A DNA stretch of 64,000 nt from Octopus bimaculoides (Eukaryota), in assembly GCF_001194135.2 (NCBI RefSeq), contig NC_069005.1, positions 33,008,946 through 33,072,945 of the forward strand, in the 5' to 3' direction. This document shows positions 1 through 13,152 of the stretch, piece by piece. The translations under genes and the position numbers were made by a program. Under the pieces are notes generated by a model. That model did no database searches. It saw only the letters and a program-made list of their open reading frames with translations, and was not told where the DNA came from. How positions within the stretch are numbered: position 1 is the stretch's first letter; each line of letters begins with the position of its first letter.

Positions 1-161
1 CTCCAGTTCTTTACTTTGAGTTCAAATCCTGTTTAAGTCAACTTCACCTCTCATCCTTTCGGAGTTGATAATATAAAGTATTGACCAAGTACTGGGGTCA
101 ATGTAATACAACTCACTCTCCCCTCCACTGAAAATGCTGGTTGTGTGCCATAATTTGAACC
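1..161 (+). mobile_element. tRNA-derived SINE family A (gcctttcatcctttcggggtcgataaa-type core), partial, with (TTA)n tail
   Basis: B-box-like GAGTTCAAATCC and core ctcatcctttcggagttgataa, followed by (TTA)n at 162-210. Confidence 0.75.

Positions 162-210
<49 letters not shown>
162..210. repeat. (TTA)n microsatellite
   Basis: Perfect trinucleotide run. Confidence 0.95.
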
Positions 211-740
211 TAAATCTGTGTAGACTCAATCACATGATAGATAGATTCTACATAATGAGAAGAAAGAAAATGGAGATTAAATTGATAAATGAAAAGTCAC
301 AGTTATAAGAAATATAAAAACTCATGGAACAGAGAGAGAAAGGCTGGAGACATTCCTTAATTAATAAACACATAACTCATTAAAATTAAACAAATGAAAA
401 AAAGGGGGAAAAAATAATAATCATCTAGACAACACTTTCAAGGACAGAGATGTTAGAGAAACTCTATGAAATGGGCCATTGTGTATTGTATTAAATAACT
501 AATTGTAAACTCTTAGCATTTAGAGAGAGAGACCCCCCCCCCTTCCACAACCACCTGTGTCAGATATAAATGGTTTTAATAAAAGAAAAATGATGCTTTA
601 AGAGAGGGGAAAAAAAAGAAGAAAAAGTGAAATGTCATCACTTGAAAATGTTATAGAGACTTTCAAGGCATTGGCTGTAAGTATAGAGTGGATTGTGAAA
701 GCATGCAAGCATAGCTTTGAGAATGGAGGGGGTAGGGAAG

Positions 741-771
<31 letters not shown>

Positions 772-1559
772 CATAACAACCTAACAGCTTCTCCCCCCCC
801 CACTTCCAGGCAAAAGGTTCCAGTGTTATTCACTTATTACACCTGACCAGTATACTGTAAACACTCTTTGAGACATGCAAAGCGAATCCATTCAGCCTTC
901 TCAGAAAGCAAAATCCAAACAATACAACATTACAGTACCTTTGAAGGTTTATAACATTAAACCCAACCACCCAATCTTGAAGAAGTGTGGTGGGGGTCAA
1001 GAGAGAGAGGGTTAGTGGTTAAATCAACAGTACCATCAACACCTCAATAGAACATAACCTTAACAATATTGTTGTTGTTGTTGTTGTTATATATTGCCAG
1101 AACTAGGCTTTGCCCACAGCTACTTGCTAATTGCAACCAGATAAACAGCTGTTTGTTGCAACTGAAAGAACAGATTGGAAAATAAAAATATCTTTTTACA
1201 CAAATGGATGGTTTTATTATTATTATTATTATTGTTGTTGTTGTTGTTGCTGTTATTTTTATTATCTTGTAATAAACTATTTCAGTAAATAACCCTTACA
1301 TGTTATCACTTGTGTTCTTTGGAAGGAGAGCAATGAAAATAGGGAAGTAGAGGAGGAGAGGGGGTGCTGGTAACAAATGGATTAAAATGCAGAGAAACTA
1401 AACCAGCCGCTAGAATTTATGTATTTTAGATATTTTATTTATTTATCTAATATTATTTTTGTCATCATTTCATTTCCAGGTGGCTTAAGACTACATCTTG
1501 CAAAGTTGCTTCTACCACGTTCAGGATTGTATCATTGTTTCTAACGTTGTACAAACTTT

Positions 1560-1700
1560 CTGCCAACTAAATTCACTCATAAGGCATTAGTTGACCTGAG
1601 GCTGTAAGAGAAGACACTTGTCCAAGGTGCCTCACTGAAACTGAGCCCAAGAATCACATGATTGCTAAGTAAACTTGTTAACAACATAGCCAGGCCTGCA
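1560..1700 (-). mobile_element. SINE family B head, reverse orientation
   Basis: cactcataaggcattagttgacctgaggctgtaagagaagacacttgtccaaggtgcc...aacttgttaacaacatagcc. Confidence 0.65.
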
Positions 1701-1720
1701 CTTTAATACTAGCGTAAAAT

Positions 1721-2018
1721 ATTGGTTTCAAATTTAGGCACAGAGTCCAACAAGTTCATGGAAAGGGGCTTAAGTCAATTACATCGACCTCCAGTGCTCA
1801 ACTGGTACTTATTTTATCAAACCTGAAATGATCTTTTCTATTCTAGGCACAAGGCCCGAAATTTGGGGCAGTTGGTTAGATCGACCCCAGTATACAACTG
1901 GTACTTAATTTACGAACCCTGAAATGATGAAAAGCAAACTGCAGTGGAATTTGAACTCAGATGGGCAAAATGCCATTCAGCATTTTGGCCAGTATGCTAA
2001 AAATTCTGCCACCTTGCT
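1721..2018 (-). mobile_element. SINE family A, two adjacent copies
   Basis: Recurrent string aggcacaaggcc..aattt...gaccccagt...aactggtactta...gaaaggatgaaaggcaaa...gaatttgaactcag, seen many times in the window. Confidence 0.75.
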
Positions 2019-2450
2019 TAAAATATTGCTCTTTGACACAAACTTCTGTATCTACTCAAGTACTTCTCTAGTACAATTAAACACTACAATGTGATTTTGT
2101 CCAGCACCCGTCCAATGCTACCACTTCATTCCACAACCCTTTTTCATTCAGCAGAAATAATGTTGACCTGGACAACATTTCCTAATGAGAAAATGCTTTT
2201 TTCAGAAAAAAAAGCTCAAAATTAGAAATGAGTCCACTTCCAGTTAATAACTGGACAAAAATAGCATCAAATATTTGCACAATGATGTGACCCTATTTTG
2301 TAATTTCCTCATTTCCTAAGTTCAAACTAACAACACACAGAAAGGAAAACCTGCATGTGAAAGAGAAAGAAAGGGGAGTTGTCACTAAATGGCCATTAAT
2401 TTTAGAGAGCAATATAATTTACGATGAGTCTGGTGTTTGAAACTCCAGCA

Positions 2451-2531
2451 ACTACATACATACATACATATATATATATATATGTATATATATACACACA
2501 TATATAGATAGATAGATAGATATAGATATAT
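2451..2531. repeat. Compound (TACA)n/(TA)n/(GATA)n microsatellite
   Basis: Visible directly. Representative of dozens of (TA)n, (CA)n, (GA)n, (CTAT)n and (AAT)n tracts across the window. Confidence 0.9.
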
Positions 2532-4660
2532 AAGTGCAGTTCACACACAGTGGTTTCTTCTTCACATTTGCACAGCTGGCTGGGTTGGTCAGCCATCCAC
2601 CCAGCAAGCTAGGCCATTTCGACTGTTACATCAACTAGCAAGCTAGTTAGTTGCTAAATAAATATGTTCTTCAGATACCATTCTAGAAGAGAGGAAATTT
2701 ACCAACCCACCAACCCACACATGGAATGTTGTTAAGTACTGTTAAACCATGCACACAGCTAAAATATACCCACTTAACAAATAAGCAAATACAAAAGAAA
2801 GGGTATGTGTGAAGGGGGAGGTCACTTGAGTAATAAAGAAGTGAGGAGAGAATTTTTTTTTGAAGCATGGGGTGGGAGGGTTTCCCCCCTAAAAAATAGA
2901 AGAATTCTTTAAAATCAATTGAATATCTTTAAAGAGACTAATAAATTAATTTATAAGAAAAACTGAAAGCATTGAATAAGAGTGTGTATAATAAGGAGAG
3001 GAGGTGGAAATAATAAATTATCAAGCTCTTGGCATAGAGCAGCCGACATTTGCTTTTGCCTTCCTTGCCAGCCAGCTCCCCCGCCCTCCACCCTCGTCTC
3101 CCGCCACTGACAATCATAAATCCATTCACCACACACACATATTAAACAGTGGAAGAAGTGAGCACCGTAACATGTTCATGTTCACACTGTTCTCAAAAAC
3201 GGAGAGGGAAGAAAAGAAAAAAAGAAGAAAAAAAGGCAGGAGAAAGAGAAATGGGAAGTGCAGTGGTGTCCAATAGCACTTCTCTGCTGCTCCTTCCTTC
3301 CCTCCGTCTCACACACACACACACTGCTGCCACCACCTCCCTGCCAACTTTAATAACAGCTATGACTCCATCGCCAAGTCATCCTTAGCCTAGTAATGGC
3401 AACAACATCCCGAATTCTTCTTGTTTATGACAGCAGTAATGGCAGATTTGGTAACCACTGCTTTAACCCAGGCAGAAATCAATATTATAAAACAAGAAAA
3501 TGATGAAAGCGTGCTAGTGGCAGTAGTTATGTTCAGACATCACCAACACAGCTTTAATAGCACAAGCGTGCCATCACAAGCAGTCCTGTCCTCTTGCTGA
3601 GATACCAATAACAGAATTATTAGAGGAGAAGCACACACAAGAAAAGAAAGAAAGAAAGAAAATATATATATACGAGAAACAGAGAGAGAGAGTGAAAGAG
3701 GCTGGGAGTGGGGGGAGGGGGAAGAATGTCAATAGAAATAGCTTAGATTTGCTGTTTCTTTTGCTTGTTATTAATCTTACTACCTCCTTGAATCTTGTCT
3801 GAGTAACTGTAGAATATGTTCGGTGCAGTAAATATTTGAGAAGCCAAGGGGGGAAGGAGAGAGGGGGGGGGAAAGAAATGAATTGGTTAAAAAAGATAAT
3901 AGAGACTGGAGAAGAGAGCTGAAAGGCGTCAATAATTTCTACCCACAATGACTGCCTAATTCAGTTACTGGCTGATTACAAATACCTGACCTATATATTT
4001 ATAATCTTACATTACACCAAATGTAAATACATTTTCACTAGACCAGATGTAAATAAGATTTTTTTCTTTTTTTTTCTAAAATAAAATTAAAAAAACACAG
4101 AAATACCGTTTTCACACACAGCTTACAAATATAATTCCAAACCATAATTAAATATACTGGAGCAGATAAAAATCTAGTTATTTGTCAGGGATTCATAAAT
4201 ATATAACTTAACAAAATATTTTAATTTTTATCTAAAAAAACTCAATAAATTTTACTTATGGGATAAACAGATTTTTAAAACATAAACTATCAAGTTTTGT
4301 GTTGTTCTTGTTTTTAACTTGCACCCAACCAAACAGAATGTTTCGAAAAAGTATGATAAACTAGAACAATATATGGATTAAGAGCATCACTAATTAATTT
4401 TCACTATGTAACCGTTGAAATCGTTCGGTTCAGGAGATGAACACACCCTCTCTCACTCTTGCCTGTAAAGAAGTTTGCAAGCTACCAGCCATAAAGATAT
4501 AAACTCTTTAGTATGTTAGTTCACACAGCCTAATAATACCATCAATATTATTGTAACTTCAAAGCACGGAAGCAAAGTGGCATATTAAGTACAACATAAT
4601 CCACATAGAACAGAATAAGTCAATAATTTACAATAAAAACGCTTGGGAGTCCATTATTAA

Positions 4661-4694
<34 letters not shown>

Positions 4695-4747
4695 ACACAC
4701 AGTAGTAAAAGTAGCAACGGAGAAGAACAATTAGTTCACAAATCAAG

Positions 4748-4779
<32 letters not shown>

Positions 4780-4789
4780 AGTACTCACT

Positions 4790-4941
4790 CTCTACATTCT
4801 AGGTTCTAATCCCACTGAGGTCAACTTTGCCTTTCATTACTCCAAGGTTGATAGAATAAAGTATGAGTCAAGTACTGGAGTTGATGGTAGCAAATAACCT
4901 AACTCCACAAAACTTGCTGACCTTGTGCCGAAATCAGAAAC

Positions 4942-4942
<1 letters not shown>
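4790..4942 (+). mobile_element. SINE family A copy with (TTA)n tail
   Basis: gaggtcaactttgcctttcat...ataagtatgagtcaagtactgg...ccttgtgccgaaatcagaaacc, then (TTA)n. Confidence 0.7.
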
Positions 4943-4979
<37 letters not shown>

Positions 4980-4982
4980 GGT

Positions 4983-5520
4983 GAGAAAGCAGCACATGTC
5001 ATCAAAGTGATGCTGGGATACGAATATATAAAGCCCAATGTACCCATCATGACCCAATGTACCCATACCTGTCAGTTAAGGGTACACCAGGCACATGAAT
5101 CACAACCATATATGCAGGTGACATAGTGACATCAATATCAAGATAAACAGTGCATTATCTTGCAGGTGGAAGCTCAGTTAGAATTTTCTTCAGGTCGAGC
5201 AGCTCATTCTGCTCAATAGGTTCCTGAATAAGGATTCTCTGAGGATGATGAACAAAACATGTTTCCTGGGATGATTTATTCAAACATCAAAGAATCCCTC
5301 TCAACAAATGGCTATGATGCTCCCCCAGTACGCCTGCTCAGGATCAGAGATACACGTAACGCCAGCCACTAAAGGGACATGCTCAACTGGTAAGCAAATA
5401 TGCAGTATTGAGCAGAATATTTGCTGTAGCCCAACTTTTACACCAAGACAAATCATGTACATGATATCACTTCTAATCAGTTAAGATCAAAAACCATGAG
5501 AGCCATTGCCTGGTATTGCA
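4983..5520 (-). mobile_element. ~540-bp non-autonomous repeat flanked by (TTA)n and (CAT)n
   Basis: Reverse complement tgatgcaataccaggcaatggctctcatgg...gggctacagcaaatattctgctcaatac...cagttgagcatgtccctttagtggctg...gacctgaagaaaattctaact resembles a recalled high-copy octopus repeat. Single copy in this window. Confidence 0.55.
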
Positions 5521-6448
5521 TCATCATCATCATTGTTGTTGTTGTTGTACCTCTAAAAGATTAAAGCTATAGTTTACTCAATAATAATTTTGATATTCCT
5601 AGAACTGACAATTTCATAATTTTAGTAGAGTCAACACAATAACAAATATTGTTTAGAGTGTAAATAAAGATCACCAACTGAACACAAGGAATCAAAATGA
5701 AAATTTAATTTGTTAAATTCATCTAATAAAGCCCCCAGTCTATATTTATTAAACATATCTCCTAAGAATATGAGATTTTAGCCGATTTAAAATAATTTCA
5801 TTTAAGCCAGAAACTTAACCAGTTTAGACTATCAGACAAAACGTAAGAAGCAGAAGCTGCCTATGGGGACTCAGACCTGCAGAGAAATTTGAAAGACTGC
5901 TTTAATAAAAATGGTAGAACATCTATCATGTTAATACAGAAGAAGTGGGTTCAATTCCCATGAGCAACCTTTGATTTTTCTATCCAAAGGGGTTTTTAAG
6001 CTAATAATATTGTACATGCTATTAATTCTAGTTTTATGTACATGTAGTCTCGCCACTATAAACAAAAATCATTTCACGTTCCCTCAGAGTTTCTAAATCC
6101 TTATGATGTAAAAAAAAAAGTAGTTTTGTTAATGCTGAAGGAAGTTATTGTTCATCATTTAACAAAAAACGAAACCAACAAAGACTATTAGTATAAAATG
6201 TGTTACTAGTTCAAGTAGGTATTTATAGTTAATGTATTATTAAACAGGCTATCAACAATCATTGGCATGTATCAGTTGCAAACTTAAGTGGATGGAGAGA
6301 GAGAGAGAGACAGACAGACAAGCATTACTCTGTCTCAGATATCAACAGATATGTTAAATCTAGATTTAGAATGAGATGTCAGGGAGGATAAATATGATGT
6401 AACCACAAACCAGTGTGCCAATGGTATAACGCTGAGGTATTAAGTACA

Positions 6449-6676
6449 TCAACCCTTCTGATACCAACCTGCCTGACACCACTCCTTATTCTATGATGTA
6501 GACTTCCTCTTTCTAAAGTTATCTAAATTAAAACAACCTTCCATCAAAATTTTAATCTATGTTCCAAATACTAGGTTATAATAATGACCAAGTTGTTTTA
6601 TTAAATTCATTATTTTCAAAATTAATTGAAACAAAGGCAGATTATTTCAATAGAAATATGGTAGACAAGTCTTTAA
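6449..6676. mobile_element. piggyBac-like MITE (degenerate TTAA-CCC ends)
   Basis: Starts tcaaCCCTTctgataccaac and ends aaatatggtagacaagtctTTAA. The AT-rich interior resembles a recalled abundant octopus TTAACCCTT...AAGGGTTAA element. Confidence 0.45.
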
Positions 6677-7134
6677 AAAAAATGGATTCAAAGAAGTAAA
6701 TTATTCCTGACAAAAAGACAGGAAGGTCATGGTAGGAATGCCTTTTAGCCCATTAACATATAAACTTAACATTTGATAATTAATCACATTTAAACAACAA
6801 TAAAAACAAAGAGTATAACTATTCAATAATTTGGATTCATTAAAAGTATAGAGTACTTAAAATTCAAATTAATATTTAGTTCTTAAATTAATTTTATTCT
6901 TATACCATTTTGTGGGCCACCAGACTGACTGCATTAACGAGTGAATCACAGGACTGCTGGATCAAAACCCATCTGAGACAAAAATGACAAAAACAGTCTT
7001 CTATTGTTTGGCTGGAGTTGAGCATAAACAGGATTTACCAGAATATTTTGCAATTTTCCACAAAAATGAAGACAACTGGACACAGTAATAATAATGTTTC
7101 TAATTATAAGCTTAAGGACAAAAATTTGAAGGTA

Positions 7135-7700
7135 TGGGTTAACTGACCATAGCAATCCTAGTACTTCACCGGTACATTATTTTATTGACCCAGGAGGAAT
7201 GAAAGGCAAAGTAGACCCCAGCAGAATTTGGTCACAAAATATAGAGGCTGAAGAAATAGCACAAAGCATTTTGTCCAATGCTCTAACCATTCTATCAATC
7301 CATTGCACTTCAATAATTATTTTCTAATTTTGGCACAAGGCCAGCAATTCTGAAGGGAGCAGAAAGTCAATTACATCAACCCAAGGTCATAACTGGTACT
7401 TATTTCATTAACTCCAAAAGGGTGTAAAAGACAAAGTCAACCTCAACAGCATTTGAACTCAGAATGTAAAGAGCTGGAGAAACGCTAACCTTTTTGCCCC
7501 AACACAATAATAATAATAATCCTTTCTACTTTGGCACAAGGCCTGAAATTTTGGAGGAGCAAGCTTGTCAATTACACTGACCCCAGTTTTGGTAAGTACT
7601 TATTTTAACCCTGAAAGGATGAAAAACAAAGTCAGTCTCAGCAGAATTTGAACTCAGAATGTAAAGAGCCCATGCTGTAGCAATTCTGCCAATCTACCTC
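7135..7700 (-). mobile_element. SINE family A, three head-to-tail copies
   Basis: Three successive units each containing gaaaggcaaagt.gacc.cagcagaatttg, separated by (AAT)n / cctttctactttggcacaaggcc. Confidence 0.8.
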
Positions 7701-8579
7701 CCTCTTCATGCTAAAGACCAGACTTTTGGGCAAAGTTTGATCACAGCAGTAATCCATAGACAAATATATTTAACCTGTAAAATAGTAAACAACACACACA
7801 CACACACTTTCATTTGTAGCACTCCTCATTATTTCTGTTTAATACCTATCCCACTCTGGATGTGGAAACAATTGACAATTTATTACAACTTCTCTCACAA
7901 TTTTAATTAACAGTAATCATAAGTACTAAGCAAACGCAAATAATCAAACCAATTTTCTTTCTCGATTTTGTTTTGTTTTTAATCCACATCAGAATATAGA
8001 ATTAGTGACAATTTTTAGCAGAAAATTTACTCCAAGCATTCCTAAACTTCAAAGTTAAAGACAAAAAAAAAATAACGTTCTCCATTTTCAGTTATTTTTT
8101 ATTGAAATCACATCATTGTGAGAATTCTGCTAAGTTAATTAGTATTTCAAACATTGCACCATCTGGTTATGATGGCAGAGTTTTAAGAAAAAGAAAAAAA
8201 AATTGAAATTATAATAAATCATTAAAATCTGATCCCTTCCCCCAACTCCTTGCAGATAGCTTCCTTGAAAGTCTATTTAAAACTGCCTTGAAAGAATGAC
8301 ATAACAAAATCTCTCTCACAGAATAAATCAACACTTGAGATTAGATGACCTCAAATATTTTTTCCATACACATTTAGTCATTCATTAAAACATATTTAGG
8401 CAAAGTTTTCACATAACTAATTCACACATACTGTCTCTAAGCCAATGCTGCAAACAGAAGTTCCCAAATCTGTTCAACAGTAACAAAAATATTATTGAAA
8501 TACTCTATCAAGGAATATCCTACTTTAAAAACAATGTTTAAAAAAAAAACTACACTGAATGGTGTATTTCACGACATAC

Positions 8580-8611
<32 letters not shown>

Positions 8612-9092
8612 TACACATACACACACATATAATCTTGAGTTTTGAGTCAGGTAAATTAATTTATTGGCTAAAGCTTAAGATTTGGCTGTAGTTCTCAAAA
8701 CAAACAATTAAGTCAACATGACAGGAAGTTAGAGCTGGTTGTGAATAGCAAAAGCACTGGATTGATAGATAAATCAACCTATGTGTTAAATGCTATCAAT
8801 AAGATAGTCCTATATAGTGAAACAACAATAGCAGTAACTCAGTCCAACCAACACTAAAACACAGTTTGATAGCTTAGTGGTAAAGTGCAAATCTACCTGC
8901 ATGCCTGTAAGTTTTAAACTGAGAACATGAATTATAAGACAATAATTACAACTAGCAATAAATTTAAGAGGAAACATAAACGTGTAACATATTGATTTTG
9001 TTCATATGAAACATTTAACATTCTATGGTATATCTCTGTCTTCTTTGACAGACCACTAAACAGGACAGTTATGTATTGTGATCACCATACAT

Positions 9093-9260
9093 ATTAGTGT
9101 CTTCGCTGAAGATAACAGACACTGCAAGACCACACAAGACATTGAGAAACTACTAGAAATGATCCATCAAAAATTTCTTTCAACTGAATTCAGTGAAAAT
9201 ACATCCAAACTGCATTTGTTACACATAACATCTTCAAACAAGGAAAGAACTTTGCCAAAT
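9093..9260 (+). mobile_element. Possible old CR1-like RT fragment
   Basis: ISVFAEDNRHCKTTQDIEKL...NTSKLHLLHI resembles FADD...L..DL...FN.SK..LHI. Short and diverged. Confidence 0.4.
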
Positions 9261-10233
9261 ATACACAAAAAATTTTATATGAAATATTTTTAAATGTTAT
9301 TTACAATTGCTGTTGCTACTAGTTGATTTATCTGCCCTTTCCCTCAACTCACCAGGCACATGGCCTTGTGGTTAGGGTTTTGAGTCCATAATCATAAGGT
9401 CATGGGTTCAATTCTTGGAAATGTTCTGTTGTGTCCTTGAATAAAGTACATAATTTTACATTGTGCCAGTTCTACCCAGCTGAAAATGAATACTGATCAA
9501 GTGCTAGTGTAACCCCTTTCTTCCTCCAGCTGTTCCACTGGGTTAAGGGTGCGAGAACCAGGAAGGGATCTATATCTGCTTGCAACTACATAAGCACCTA
9601 GAACAAACAGTGAAAGCATGGTACAAGCCACCAGGTTGTACTCTCCTCTGTGTGACAGTTAAACACCAAACAAGCAAGCCCTCAGCTTGCTACCCCTACC
9701 TCCTCCTGTTCATGTTTTACTATTTTATTTACATCAGAATGAGTTGTTTTGTTTTTTTTAAACAAAGCAGAGGAATTTACAATAACAATAGTGATTGTCA
9801 AATATTGACAACAGAATAAACTGCTACAATAAATATGTCAATGTAACCTAAAACCTAGCAGTTGGAAAATATGTGTGTGTCTAATTGAGACAACTGCTTT
9901 AACGCTTTCTCACAATTGTCTTTGATCTACAAATCACTACAATGTCAACACCAAATACACAGACAGGCAGACAAGATGAAGCCTGCAGATAAAGTTCTCT
10001 AAGATTTCTCAAATTTCTGAGATGACTTCCTTCCTATCCTCCTACAAAATGGCAGTTTATGAAAACCAGTTGTTTTTTTTTTTCTTTTATCTCTTTTTGT
10101 TGTTTGTTTCTTTCAACTCTGAGAGTCACTTCATAAAGACACTCAATATAACATATGTAACATGTGATGTGATGTTTAAACCCCAGAAGTTGCAATTTTT
10201 CATGTAGGAAAAATCCCTTTCAAGACATATAGT

Positions 10234-10392
10234 CAGTGGTTCTCAACTGTGGCTCATACATCCTCATATGGCCCTCAATAAATATAAATTTTTCTTTGAC
10301 TTGACCTATGTTTTACATATTTTGGTGCAGCCCACTAAAAGAGTCTAGGCTTTTGGACCCAGCCCGGATATCAAAAAGGTTGAGGACCACTG
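10234..10392. mobile_element. hAT-family MITE (159 bp) with TIRs and 8-bp target-site duplication
   Basis: Left end CAGTGGTTCTCAAC (10234) and right end GTTGAGGACCACTG (ends 10392; 1 mismatch). Flanks are CATATAGT (10226-10233) and CTTATAGT (10393-10400), 7/8 identical. Confidence 0.85.
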
Positions 10393-12009
10393 CTTATAGT
10401 ATTAAAAAACCACAATATACTTTGGAGCTAGACGAAATGAAATTGCCCTCAGAAGTGACCACAAGAGCAATAGATACATATTTCGGAGTTGTTGCAGCTT
10501 ACCAATGTCTGGTATTCATGTCACTTCCAAAACAAAATCAAACCAGCCTCACTGAAGTATATACAGATGATGTATAAACTATGTACTAGTATGCAATGGC
10601 ACCAAATAACCAGAATAAATTCTAATTATGCAACAGCACAGCTCTATAATAAAAACTTTATCAAAACAAACATACTTAATGTATGCGTGTTATAATTTTG
10701 TAAATGTTTGTTAATGGTTTGTAATTTATCCACAAATAATTTACCTTTATACTGGATATTATCACACACCTCCCCTCATCTTTCATTTCATACAAACAAA
10801 ACCAGTTTTCAACATGGTAAACTACAAATCATTGTTCCACTGACCTTGTTCCAATCAGTTTTCAGGTAATGCAAGTAAATTAAAGCTATTATTACTACTA
10901 CCGCCTGTTTTAAGTACAATTTCACCACCACTACACGTTTGCTGTGATTATATCCACAGCTCTTACCAGGTGAGAAACATAACTTCTCTATTGTTACAAA
11001 GTTGCCATTTCAAAGAACAGTTTTATACAGATCAACCACCAGAGGCGTTCCATCTTTGATTTGTTTACACACCTAGAGTAAAAACTTGGGCAAAAGCAAG
11101 TACATTTTATTTTTCTCTCTTTTAGAAAAAAGCTCCAACTCAGAGTCATTATGGATGGCATGGTTGGCTGCAGATTGTTCGATAAAAATTGTTGCAGATT
11201 TTAATATCTTGTTTGGAACACTGTAGGTAGACAACCATGATGACAAGGGGACAATTCCTAACTATTCGGAATTGGATATGGTAACAACAATAGATGTGTT
11301 ACAATGTGACATACTGTTTATATCACATTTTATAATGTTAGATATTATTACATATCACAGTGAGAAAGTGTTATATTGGAAGATTGCAAGGTGTGAAAGG
11401 TGACAACTTCATTCATTCACATTTTTAACAAGATGTAAATATATACAATCATAACAGCATAAATTTATGGTCTAGATGGCATCAATTGTTCATCTCCAGT
11501 TCAGCCTGCAGAGCTATGATCAAGCTTCCAGCCATGACCATCCAGTTTTTTACTCAACCAGTACCTTAGGACGACATTATCTAATGTGTCCTTTACTTTA
11601 AGATGGAAGAACAGGACTTGAGGAACATTAAGTTACCATTTCATAGAGGCTTCCTGTCAACATTAACTTCAACAGATTTGCATATAATGCCATGCAAAAT
11701 AAAGATTTAGAAGAATCACTGACTGCATATTTAAAGAATCTAATTGCCAACCCCAGCACCGTTGTTGGTTTCCAACAGAGCAACAGCTGCAAACTGCAGC
11801 AAAGTTTGAAGTTAATTTTCGAAAGAACTTTATAAAACCATCAATATAGTTGACCTGTCCAGCACACAACAATAATCAGCAAAACAATACTGACAATATT
11901 ATTCTTCAGAAAACATGATCTGTTTCAGTTCATTGTTAATCATCATCTTACAGACTGTTTACAAATTATAATCTAACAAACATGTTTAATTAAAGAATAC
12001 AAGAACTAA

Positions 12010-12180
12010 AGTGACATCAATTCTACAAACAAACGACATTTCAGCCACTCCTTTTGATCTTGTAATATATCATCTATGAAGTTGAATATTGCAAGATCTC
12101 TTCTCACCATTTCCTTCCATCCACACATTAATACACCATATGATCCAGACATGTGATAAACAGTGAGGACCTAATCTATA
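12010..12180 (-). mobile_element. Possible old RTE LINE C-terminal remnant
   Basis: WKEMVRRDLAIFNFIDDILQDQKEWLKC resembles the RTE terminal pattern W.EVV..DL..L.L...M..DR..W. Confidence 0.35.
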
Positions 12181-13152
12181 TAGTGCTGACAATTTGTAAA
12201 CTATCTTGCAACAGCTGTGTGCACTAATAAATAATTCCATACCAAATGGGATGCAACAAGACTTGATTGCACATAAATCAATGCATATTGTTTACACACA
12301 AACCCCACCGACGATGGTCCACAGATCAAATTTAAGTCTGCAGCATGTCTCCACTCTAAGTTTAACATTCAAACTGCCTGTCATAAAACATTCCATGTAG
12401 GAAATGTTTAGATAAAGTTATAATTACATCGAATTGTTGGATATCAGTGCAAAACTAAAATAAAACGAACTAGAGTATTTTCAAAATGTCAAGAGTATTG
12501 TTCGATAAATTAGACGACAATAGTTGTTAAGTTTGTATTATATTTTGAAAGTTCCAATTAAAGATGTCGCACTGATAAATAGATATTTCTACAACAATTT
12601 CTCCTCTTCGTAATGAACAACTGAAAACTGAAATCAAATGTTTTAAATTGACACTGATAAATAATTGGCGATTGATTAACCCAATAAGGCTAATTAATAA
12701 TCAAGTTTGTCGTATTTTCATCCTCTTTGTTTTCAAATGATAAGCTTACATTTAATTAAGACACTTAAACAAAAAAAAATTGAAGTCAATTTAGCATTCA
12801 ATTAAAATGACTGTTAAAACAAAATTAAAAACCCGTATATATTACAAAGGGTGAAACTGATGTGGGTGTAGACTTAAATGCTTCATCAATGGAAAGATAT
12901 AATGAAATAAGCTAAATAATTAACTTTTAGAAGATGATTAAGTTGATTTACAAAAACAGTAATACGATTTTGTAGGTAAGGTGTTTTACGGCAGACCACA
13001 TGGTCATGGGTTCAAACTACACAAGATCCGTTTTATTGTCCACTTCAGAAAGATAAACATTCTTATCTGTGTATTTATATGTAGTTATGTGCATGCATAT
13101 AATGAGGGGTGGGGGTGGGGGGTGACAAAAGTAACAAAGAAAATAAACTTAC

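Larger units (their letters stand above)
1..13152 (-). other. MED13: MED13 intron 2 (partial, continues beyond the left edge)
   Basis: Starts at the GTAAGT donor at 13152. No exon resembling the expected WENGLxYECRTLLFKA..NL.ER segment was found by eye in 1-13152. Confidence 0.7.

Noticed and set aside
8230-8330. Minus-strand LCHSFKAVLNRLSR as a possible MED13 exon 3 (LLFKAVHNLLER-like)
   Set aside because: Only FKAV matches. No WENG/YECR or GKWF motifs and no suitable phase-1 acceptor.
10967-11072. Minus-strand AG...GTAAGA-bounded segment as a possible MED13 exon 3
   Set aside because: The phase required by exon 2 gives an immediate TAA, and the other frames also stop. No MED13 similarity.
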